DNA from: Pseudomonadota bacterium | GTDB taxonomy: Bacteria; Desulfobacterota; WTBG01; CAIYCZ01; CAIRTM01 | Reading direction: 5' to 3' | Assembly (NCBI GenBank): GCA_024640785.1 | Contig: JAHEEI010000002.1 | Location: 1 to 43,416, forward strand | Length of the DNA: 43,416 nucleotides | Shown here: positions 20,453-28,216 of the stretch, one piece after another | How positions within the stretch are numbered: the first letter of the stretch is position 1 | How the letters are laid out: every line of letters begins with the position of its first letter | Position numbers and translations under genes: made by a program | Notes under the pieces: model-generated | The model's input: the letters and a program-made list of their open reading frames with translations, nothing else | Told to the model about the DNA's origin: nothing | The model's database searches: none

Positions 20453-21127
20453 ATGTTTTTAGATGACATCAAAGCAGTTATTATTGATCTCGACGATACA
20501 TTGTACCCAGAAGAAGAGTTTGTCTTCAGCGGATTTAAGGCCGTCAGTACACACCTTAAACAGAAAGGTTTTGTTGAAAAGGATCTCTTTGGCCTTATGC
20601 TTAAGAATTTCAAAAACGGCAATAGGGCAGAAATTTTTAATGAGACATTAAAATCAGAAAACATTGAGCCTAAAGAAAAACTGGTAAATTCTCTTGTTGA
20701 GGTGTACAGATCACACAAGCCTGACATTTCGCTTTTTACAGATGCAGCTTCTTTCCTTGACAGAATACACGGCAAGAAAAAACTTGGTCTGTTAACTGAC
20801 GGATATTTAAATGTGCAGAAAAACAAGGTTGCTGCGCTTGGAATAGAACATTTTTTTGATATCATTGTCTATACCGATGAAATGGGAAGAGATTTCTGGA
20901 AGCCCCACCAAGCGGGCTATAAAAAAATCATGAATACACTTGGCTTAAATGGAGACGAATGTGTTTATATAGGAGACAACCCTACTAAGGATTTTTTCAG
21001 TGCAAATAAGCTTGGCTGGAAAACTGTCAGAATTAAAAGACCGGAAGGCGTTTACAGCAGCAAGGAAGCTCACAATGAGGAGTTTGCCGCAAATAGAGTT
21101 TTGGAAGACCTTAGTCTTTTATTTTGA
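20453..21127 (+). CDS. HAD-superfamily hydrolase (subfamily IA-like)
   Basis: Motif I is IIDLDDTLY. Later motifs are LLTDG and YIGDNPTKDF. Confidence 0.8.
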   Translation: MFLDDIKAVIIDLDDTLYPEEEFVFSGFKAVSTHLKQKGFVEKDLFGLMLKNFKNGNRAEIFNETLKSENIEPKEKLVNSLVEVYRSHKPDISLFTDAASFLDRIHGKKKLGLLTDGYLNVQKNKVAALGIEHFFDIIVYTDEMGRDFWKPHQAGYKKIMNTLGLNGDECVYIGDNPTKDFFSANKLGWKTVRIKRPEGVYSSKEAHNEEFAANRVLEDLSLLF

Positions 21128-21256
21128 TGCCCTACTCGCGTACTGACAATATATATTTAAGGTTTCAAAAAAGACAAACATAAAAGCTCGATGTTTAATT
21201 CTCGTCACTTGATCTGACAAAACAGCGCCTGCAAGACTGTCCTGATAATAAATAAA

Positions 21257-21463
21257 ATGTTTCAGACCGGGTTTGTCACAGATTTTAATTGGTTTTCCGC
21301 CTTAACTATCAAGCTTATAGTTCTTATTACGGGCCTTTGCGTTTTACTTCATTTGAACAGTGTATATGTCTATTTAAATAAAGGCTCTAAATTGATACTC
21401 ATTTTCCCTTCAGTTATACTTTATGCCCTCTATGCTAACAATCTGAAAATTGGATTCATTTAA
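21257..21463 (+). CDS. Possible small hydrophobic protein / upstream ORF abutting the ABC-F gene
   Basis: 68 codons with two hydrophobic segments. Its stop (TAA at 21461-21463) lies 2 nt before the ABC-F ATG. It has no Shine-Dalgarno sequence of its own and no recognisable family. Confidence 0.25.
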   Translation: MFQTGFVTDFNWFSALTIKLIVLITGLCVLLHLNSVYVYLNKGSKLILIFPSVILYALYANNLKIGFI

Positions 21464-21465
21464 AA

Positions 21466-23325
21466 ATGATTAGTGCTGACAACCTGACAAAAAGTTTTTC
21501 CGGCCAGAGCTTGTTTGAAGAAGCAAGCTTTAAAATCAACCCTAAAGAACGTGTGGGGCTGGTGGGAAGGAATGGACACGGCAAGACTACTCTTTTCCGG
21601 CTTATAACGGGAGAGGAAAGACCTGATTCAGGAACTATAATCATACCAAAACACTACCGCGTGGGGTATGTCAGGCAGCACCTTGACTTTACCGAAGATA
21701 CAATCTTAAAAGAAGGAATAAAAGGCCTGTCTTCAAAAGAAGAACATCACCACTGGAAAGCTGAAAAGATCCTTTCAGGACTGGGGTTCTCTCCCGCTGA
21801 CATGCAGAGACATCCTGCTGAATTTTCCGGTGGGTACCAGGTACGGTTAAACCTTGCCAAAATTCTGGTTTCAGAACCGGACATGCTGCTTCTCGATGAA
21901 CCCACAAACTATCTTGACATCACATCCATAAGGTGGATCGAACAGTTCCTGCTTTCCTGGCAACACGAACTTATGCTGATAACCCATGACAGGTCTTTCA
22001 TGGACAGAATTGTTACCCATACCCTGGGCATCCACAGAAAAAAAATAAGGAAGATTCCAGGCAACACAGAAAAATATTACGCCCAGATAGCACAGGATGA
22101 AGAAATCCATGAGAAAACAAGGGTAAATGATGAACGCAAGCAAAAGGATATTGAGCTTTTCATAAGCAGGTTCAGAGCAAAAGCAAGGCTTGCAAATATG
22201 GTACAGTCCCGGGTAAAAACCCTAGAAAAAATGGATAAAAATTTAAAACTTGAAAAGATAAAGGCTCTTGAATTTTCCTTTCAGGAAAAACCGTTCAACT
22301 CCAAATATTTGCTTAACGCAAGCAATCTCTCTTTTTCATACACTCAGGGAAACCCGCTGATTAATAATCTTGACATCAGTATTGCCAAAAGCGACAGGGT
22401 ATGCGTCATTGGAAAAAACGGAAAAGGGAAAACAACGCTTCTTAAACTGTTAGCAGGGGCCCTTACCCCTGGAAGAGGAACAATTACCTACAACCCTAAA
22501 ACTGAAAAAAGTTTTTTTGAACAGACAAATATAAAAAACCTGGTGGACACCAGAACAGTTGAAGAAGAAATTTTACATTCCCACAAACATGTTGACAGCC
22601 AGCTTGCCAGAAACATATCAGGCGCAATGATGTTTCAGGGAGACCATGCTCTAAAAAAAATAGCTGTTCTTTCCGGCGGTGAAAAAAGCAGAGTCATGCT
22701 GGGGAAAATTCTTGTAACGCCGGTCAATCTCCTGCTCCTTGATGAACCCACCAACCATCTCGACATGGAATCATGCGACGCTCTCCTTGCAGCGCTCGAC
22801 AACTTTGACGGCGCTGTTGTGATGGTCACCCATAATGAAATGTTTCTCCATGCTCTGGCCGAGAGGCTGATCATCTTCCAGAAAGACGGGATCACGGTTT
22901 TTGAAGACACTTATCAGAATTTTCTGGACAAAGTTGGCTGGGAAGAGGAAGACCTTGGGCCTAGATCAACACAGAAGCGTCCTGCAATTGAAAAATTATC
23001 AAAAAAGGAGCTTCGCAAAAAACGCTCTAAAATAATATTCGAACGCAGCACAATCTTAAAACCACTTGAAAAACGAATTAAGGTAATTGAGGAAGAAATA
23101 CAAAAAAACGAAGACACTTTAAATAGGACAACTTCAAGGATGCAGGAAGAAACTCAAAAAGGCAACGGAGAAAAAATAGCCGAACTCTCAACTATTATCC
23201 ACAAGTCACAATCTTCTATTGAGACTCTTTTTGAAGAGCTTGAAGACTTAACTGAAAAGATTGAGATTAAAAAAAGTGAACTTGACAGTAAGCTTGAAGA
23301 GCTTAATGAAATTGTAAAAAACTGA
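21466..23325 (+). CDS. ABC-F family ATPase (Uup/YheS-like, two ABC domains plus C-terminal coiled coil)
   Basis: Two Walker A sites (GRNGHGKTT, GKNGKGKTT), two signature motifs (FSGGYQ, LSGGEK), no TM domain, and a Lys/Glu-rich C-terminal coiled coil. Confidence 0.9.
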   Translation: MISADNLTKSFSGQSLFEEASFKINPKERVGLVGRNGHGKTTLFRLITGEERPDSGTIIIPKHYRVGYVRQHLDFTEDTILKEGIKGLSSKEEHHHWKAEKILSGLGFSPADMQRHPAEFSGGYQVRLNLAKILVSEPDMLLLDEPTNYLDITSIRWIEQFLLSWQHELMLITHDRSFMDRIVTHTLGIHRKKIRKIPGNTEKYYAQIAQDEEIHEKTRVNDERKQKDIELFISRFRAKARLANMVQSRVKTLEKMDKNLKLEKIKALEFSFQEKPFNSKYLLNASNLSFSYTQGNPLINNLDISIAKSDRVCVIGKNGKGKTTLLKLLAGALTPGRGTITYNPKTEKSFFEQTNIKNLVDTRTVEEEILHSHKHVDSQLARNISGAMMFQGDHALKKIAVLSGGEKSRVMLGKILVTPVNLLLLDEPTNHLDMESCDALLAALDNFDGAVVMVTHNEMFLHALAERLIIFQKDGITVFEDTYQNFLDKVGWEEEDLGPRSTQKRPAIEKLSKKELRKKRSKIIFERSTILKPLEKRIKVIEEEIQKNEDTLNRTTSRMQEETQKGNGEKIAELSTIIHKSQSSIETLFEELEDLTEKIEIKKSELDSKLEELNEIVKN

Positions 23326-23880
23326 ACCTGCCCTTACTATAATCAAACTCTATTTTTGACTTACCCTGACAGAAGCCTCTTATTAAAAGCACCCACTAGT
23401 CAAAAAATTACCTTTTCATATAACTAAAAGTAATTATATGCTTTTTCCAATTCTGTAATAATTAAAGATATTATCGCTAATAGTTAACTTATGACTGTTT
23501 TAATATTCCTCCTAACCCCCCCAGACTCATATAGGTGTTATAAGTGGGATTTGATTGGCACAACCTTCTGCCATATCTCCCGCTTTTTATAGAATTGATA
23601 TAATAAAGAAAATAGTTATTGACTTATTATCTCTTCCTAATACAGAATATTAAAATACAAAAACATCAAACAGGGTTGTCGTAGAATAGTTTAACGTGCA
23701 GAAAGCGGATTTAAAAATTCTAAGCAGGAATCTCTTTGATCCTAAATCAGGGGCTTTATCATTGCTCAGAATTTTATTCGCGTCCGTTATCAATCAGGCA
23801 GAAAGGACGGACTCGGACTATTATGAATTTTAGAAAAAAAGCATGTTAAAAGACAGGGTTTACTTAACTTATCGGGGCGC

Positions 23881-24609
23881 ATGATTATGTTTAAAAGTCA
23901 AAACTGTGTTTCTGTTATAGCTGTTCTTATAATCCTGGGAGCGTCTTTAAATTGTCGATCCGAAGAACAGGCTATCCCGGCAGCTCTGGAATCTTTAAAT
24001 AGAGCTTCCCTTCCCGATTACGCATCCAACAAGCTGGATGAAATATCAAATAGTCTGAAAACGATTGCAGATGGATCAATCGAGACAAGAGACGAAGATG
24101 AATCCATGCATGAACTTATTCGCATTCTTAAAACGACGCGCTCAAAATATCAGGCGCTTAACCATTATATATTTGGCTGGAATACCACCATGGAGTATCA
24201 ATATCGTGCCAATGTTGAGGCCGTTAAAAGAGGCGTTGAAGTTTCAAGAACATTTATTATTTCTGACGATATTTTTATGAGTTCTGAAAAACTAAATAAT
24301 CTTCTGAAGATATTTGAAACACAGAAAAAAGACGGAATAAAGGTCTTTTACGGTTTGCAAAGGGAACTGAAAAATGATTTTGATTATCATAAATACACGC
24401 TACTGGATGCTGGGCTCAGCGATGAGGCCGTATTTGCAACGGTTACGGCGTTTAGTATAAGGGGACCCCAGCCGGCGCATGTTAAAATCATCTGGGATAA
24501 GAATAAAATTAAAAAACAAAATCCTTTTCCATTCCTTGAGAAATCTCTCCATATTAAGCCATTTGATGAAAACTCTAAAAAGGAACTGGTTGGCATGATG
24601 AAAAAGTAA
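23881..24609 (+). CDS. Hypothetical exported protein
   Basis: 242-aa ORF with an N-terminal hydrophobic signal-like segment (VSVIAVLIILGASLNC). I recognise no family. Confidence 0.55.
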   Translation: MIMFKSQNCVSVIAVLIILGASLNCRSEEQAIPAALESLNRASLPDYASNKLDEISNSLKTIADGSIETRDEDESMHELIRILKTTRSKYQALNHYIFGWNTTMEYQYRANVEAVKRGVEVSRTFIISDDIFMSSEKLNNLLKIFETQKKDGIKVFYGLQRELKNDFDYHKYTLLDAGLSDEAVFATVTAFSIRGPQPAHVKIIWDKNKIKKQNPFPFLEKSLHIKPFDENSKKELVGMMKK

Positions 24610-25015
24610 GGCCGATTTTTGTTCTGGGTGTGCGGCATGAACACAAAATTCAAACCAGGACAGGCGTTCTCTGAGCAGTTTAACCGTATACTTTTTAATG
24701 CAAAGACAGAGTTTCGTCCTACCTTTTAACATAATCCTTCTTAACCTTAGCAAAGCCTAAGGTCAACATTGCGTGCCATTTAGTTAAATAAGGCAGATGT
24801 TAATGTTCCTTGTGGGTATAAGAAATTTTTTGCAATTTAATTTTATGGATTGCTTCACAGAATAATTAATTGATCTCAGGGGAGGTCTGAGCTTGGCTGA
24901 AAGGGCTGTCAGAGCAAGTCCAAGCTTTCACAAATTTTTTGAATAGACCTGTTTCGCCCTCCCCTTCTTTTTCACAAAAACCCGCCTCAAACATACCCAA
25001 ATTTTAGAAATTGAA

Positions 25016-25639
25016 TTATTCTGGTTTATTTGACGTCTCAAAACAAGGAACACAGAATTCTTTGCCGTTAAAGTTTTCCAGCTTTGTTGCCATCGTCATC
25101 TCCCCACACTTTTCACAGGCTTTTGAAGAAGCAATCTCTGCATATTCCGGCATCACAAACGCAGTCTCTTTTGTTTCAAATATATCTATAAAAGGTTTTG
25201 CCAGCAAATCCATTGATTTTAAAAATTTCTGGCGCTTTTTCTGCTCTTTGGTTGCCATTCCTGAAGCAACCGCTTGTTCCAAGACATCAAACTCTTCTTT
25301 TTCTTTTCCCAGATAACGGTAAAAACTCTTTCTGGAAAAACGGTATGCTTTATTCTGATTTCTGCTGATTACGGTATATGCATTTTTGCCGTAGTTTTTT
25401 ATAATAAGGTTTCCCTTGCCGGAGGTGGTTCCCAAAACTATTTGCAAGGCGTCAACAGAGCAGGAATCGTTTTCACAAACCGCGACAACTTCTTCATCTC
25501 CTGACCGGTTCAACTTAAGAATGCGCATGGCTTCTTTAGAAACCCGATATCCGTAAATAATACCCGGACAAAGGTGCCCATGAAAACGAATGCATTCTTT
25601 AAGGTCTTCTGGAACTTCTGTGTTATTTAAAACATCCAT
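25016..25639 (-). CDS. FmdE-family protein with C-terminal zinc ribbon
   Basis: N-terminal FHGHLCPG...G motif typical of the FmdE domain, plus a C-terminal CEKCGE...CVPC zinc-ribbon. The ATG directly abuts the yggS stop (TAAATG), and AGGAAG lies 6 nt upstream. Confidence 0.8.
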   Translation of the reverse strand: MDVLNNTEVPEDLKECIRFHGHLCPGIIYGYRVSKEAMRILKLNRSGDEEVVAVCENDSCSVDALQIVLGTTSGKGNLIIKNYGKNAYTVISRNQNKAYRFSRKSFYRYLGKEKEEFDVLEQAVASGMATKEQKKRQKFLKSMDLLAKPFIDIFETKETAFVMPEYAEIASSKACEKCGEMTMATKLENFNGKEFCVPCFETSNKPE

Positions 25640-26314
25640 TTAATACTTCCTATCGCCGAAAACCACTCTGCCTAATCGGATCATGTTCGAGCCCTCTTCG
25701 ATAGCAACCTGATAGGACTCGGACATTCCCATTGAAAGCGTTTTCAGGTTAACACCAGGCAGATCAAGCTCCTTTATATTATCAAAAAATTTTTTTGCTT
25801 TTCTAAAATAGGGTCTGCTGTCTTCCGGATCGCTGGTCATGGGCCCCATTGTCATCAAACCCTCTACAGACATATGTTCGAGCCGGGTCATACTGATAAC
25901 AAGATCTTCAACTTTTTCAAAATCGGGATCAACGCCTTTTTTAGATACTTCCTGTCCGGTGTTTATTTCAACAAATACAGGCATTATTTTTCCGTCGGCA
26001 GATGCCCTATAGTTCAGGGCTTCTGCTTGATTAAAAGATGAAAGGGTCTGCACCAGGTCAAACACTTTTAACGCACGTTTCATCTTATTTTTCTGAAGAT
26101 CTCCAATCATGTGCCATCTGACTTTTTTGGCGCTCTCTCCAAGCATCGCTACCATTTTCTCTGCTTCCTGCAAGTAGTTCTCGCCAACATCTGTTGCACC
26201 GGCATTAATAACCTCTTTTACCTCTTCAGGTGTTCTTGTCTTTGCCGCCAGAACAATGGTCACATATTCTGGAATTTCGTTTCTTATTTTTTGATATTGT
26301 TCAGTAATTCCCAT
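25640..26314 (-). CDS. yggS: YggS-family pyridoxal-phosphate homeostasis protein
   Basis: Strings LAAKTRTPEEV...GATDVGENYLQE, HMIGDLQKNK and LSMGMSESY...GSNMIRLGRVVFG match YggS/PROSC. I prefer the ATG at 26314. The longest ORF starts at a TTG at 26326. Confidence 0.85.
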   Translation of the reverse strand: MGITEQYQKIRNEIPEYVTIVLAAKTRTPEEVKEVINAGATDVGENYLQEAEKMVAMLGESAKKVRWHMIGDLQKNKMKRALKVFDLVQTLSSFNQAEALNYRASADGKIMPVFVEINTGQEVSKKGVDPDFEKVEDLVISMTRLEHMSVEGLMTMGPMTSDPEDSRPYFRKAKKFFDNIKELDLPGVNLKTLSMGMSESYQVAIEEGSNMIRLGRVVFGDRKY

Positions 26315-26990
26315 AGTTTTTCTCAAAAAATCACAAGGAACAGTGCTGCGTCATGTAAAGAAGAGTCAAAAGGAAAGTTTCGTTCTTTGACTGAAAGACT
26401 ATACCGGCTTTACGCGCTTCTTCTGCAATCAGAAGGTTAACCACATCCCGCCTCTAAAATATTTGACGCTTCTAAAAGGTGACCTTTACTTCTAAATATA
26501 TCTCAAGGAAGAACTCTTTGTCAAGAATGACCCCTCGGAACAACCCATCAACATAACTATCTATTACAACTTTTTTTCTTATCTGCAACAGCCCGGTTTC
26601 CAGACCCGGTCTTTGCCCCGGTAATTTCCGAGAACATCTCAATATATCTGGGAAAGTTAACCAGTAGAATATTCGAACCGAACTCGCTAACGCTTGATCC
26701 TGTAAAGTGTACAAGTATCTCACGCGAGGAGGTGGTGGGGTTGATTCTTGCCGGGTATTTTTTATGTACCCCCCTTCCTGATCTATCTGCAGAAGAAGGG
26801 TTGTTTTCGGTCAGTTGTCCTGTTTTTCTTTCATTAGGAACTTAAGAAGCCTTTAAAACTTTCATCCAATAAAAACTAACCTTATCATGTTTTTTAACCA
26901 TTTATAATTACTCAAGGTTTGATCCCAAACATCAAAATCAAGATACACATTCTAAATTTGAAGTAATTTAATTTTATTAGCAAAACAGCA

Positions 26991-27821
26991 TTACTCCCGA
27001 AAAATAACGGTCCCGGCATTTTCTCCCTTAAGAGCCCGGGTAATATTACCCGGTTCCATTCCATTAATAATATAAATTTTTTCGATAACCTCACTGTTTT
27101 GCAGTATTTCCAGGCAAGGACGTTCAATAACAAGATCGTCCAGATCCTTTTCTAATAAAGCCTTTGCACCAATTTCCGAGATAAACTCAGCATCCGGATC
27201 TTTTTTAGGATCATCTGTATACAAACCCTTTTCATCTTTAATAAAAATACAGCTTCTAGCACCGGTCAGGTCAGCTAAAAGAACTGTGCCAACGTCAGTA
27301 CGATGACTTGGGATGCGGCCCCTTGCCGGGGGAATGGCAAAATAATCATAGGGTGGCATACCATGTGTAACCGGTATACAGCCCTGGGAATAGTAGTTGG
27401 GCAATTTTACAAGGTCATCGTGTGCAATTTGCACTCCTCCCCAAGGGCCGAGTAGGGTAGATACCAGCAGAGAATTCTGTTCTGAAATGGTTGTTCCAAA
27501 ACGAGCAATAATACCCGTAGGCATACCAAGTTCAAGACCTATAGAGTAAATGTGTCTACTACGGGTACCGCCTCCCGCAGTAAGAAGCATTTTATATTCT
27601 GACTTATTTTCAACAATCTCCTCAATAATTCTCGGCAGAGCCTTAGCTCCCCGGTCACATATGGATTGCCCACCGATCTTTAAGATATTAAGATCAGGAA
27701 ACATCCTCCTTTGCGGCACCAGCTGCATTTCATCTATGAGTGATTTACTGACCAGACTTTCTCCCATCAGCTTACTTTTAACATGCAAACGCTTGCCGTC
27801 TTTTTCACGTATCAATGCCAT
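26991..27821 (-). CDS. Amino-acid-kinase-fold protein resembling molybdenum storage protein subunits (MosA/MosB-like)
   Basis: Strings KIGGQS, TAGGGTRSRH, GMPPY, RTDVG, FIKDEKGLYTDDPKK and INGMEPGNITRALKGENAGTVI parallel my recollection of Azotobacter vinelandii MosB/MosA. They do not fit UMP kinase. AAGGAAG serves as the Shine-Dalgarno sequence. Confidence 0.7.
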   Translation of the reverse strand: MALIREKDGKRLHVKSKLMGESLVSKSLIDEMQLVPQRRMFPDLNILKIGGQSICDRGAKALPRIIEEIVENKSEYKMLLTAGGGTRSRHIYSIGLELGMPTGIIARFGTTISEQNSLLVSTLLGPWGGVQIAHDDLVKLPNYYSQGCIPVTHGMPPYDYFAIPPARGRIPSHRTDVGTVLLADLTGARSCIFIKDEKGLYTDDPKKDPDAEFISEIGAKALLEKDLDDLVIERPCLEILQNSEVIEKIYIINGMEPGNITRALKGENAGTVIFRE

Positions 27822-27985
27822 AAGACTTCCTTATTTAAAGACCTGTTACGGCTTCAAATATACTAATACACTTCAGCCGTCAGCCTGTGTAATGCTCAAT
27901 TAACCTTTGTTGAAAATACCGTTGTCCAAGATCCATTTCTTAATGGATATTTTAAAGGGAAAGTTACAATTTCATTGGGTCCGAG

Positions 27986-28216
27986 CTATACTTCTACATC
28001 ATCCTGACTTTTGCCCTTCTTTTTATCCACCTCAAGAAAAACAAGATCAGCACCTAATGTTTTGGCAATCTGGTCCAGCTCCTGTTTTCGAAGGTGTTTC
28101 GCATAGACCTTCATGTCAATTCCGGCAATAGCTACGAGTTTGTAACGAGGAGACTTCTTGCCCGATCCGATTTTTGTACGTTCACGATAGAAAATTTTTG
28201 CTTTTTTTGCTGGCAT
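27986..28216 (-). CDS. Small basic hypothetical protein (76 aa; 81 aa if the upstream ATG at 28231 is used)
   Basis: GGAGG lies 8 nt upstream of the ATG at 28216. The protein is Lys/Arg-rich (PAKKAKIFYRERTKIGSGKK...) with an acidic C-terminus. It lies 164 nt upstream of the MosB-like gene on the same strand. No family recognised. Confidence 0.5.
   Translation of the reverse strand: MPAKKAKIFYRERTKIGSGKKSPRYKLVAIAGIDMKVYAKHLRKQELDQIAKTLGADLVFLEVDKKKGKSQDDVEV

Noticed and set aside
23556-23571. Sigma54-like element TGGCAC-N-TCTGC upstream of the exported protein gene.
   Set aside because: The spacing between the GG and GC dinucleotides is off by one relative to the TGGCAC-N5-TTGC consensus, the -12 element is imperfect, and no enhancer-binding protein gene is nearby.
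26664-26690. GAGTTCNGTTCGAAT strings resembling a tRNA T-loop, here and again at about 28543-28560 (minus strand, 15/16 identical).
   Set aside because: In both cases the flanking bases cannot form a 5-bp T-stem or an acceptor stem. A 15/16 match between two sites is expected by chance in a window of this size.
26472-26723. 83-aa minus-strand ORF in the 664-nt gap.
   Set aside because: It has no Shine-Dalgarno sequence, no recognisable family, and an odd composition. I kept it only as part of the note on that unexplained interval.
26726-26770. tmRNA-like strings: GGGGUUGAUUCUUGCCGGG on the plus strand, and ...CAACCCCACCA on the minus strand. This is tempting because smpB is in the window.
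   Set aside because: - There is no T-arm (GGUUCGAAUCC-type) next to the putative ACCA end.
- No tag reading frame or pseudoknot-like layout is present.
- A 350-nt tmRNA in either orientation would run into the MosB-like CDS or lack its 3' end.
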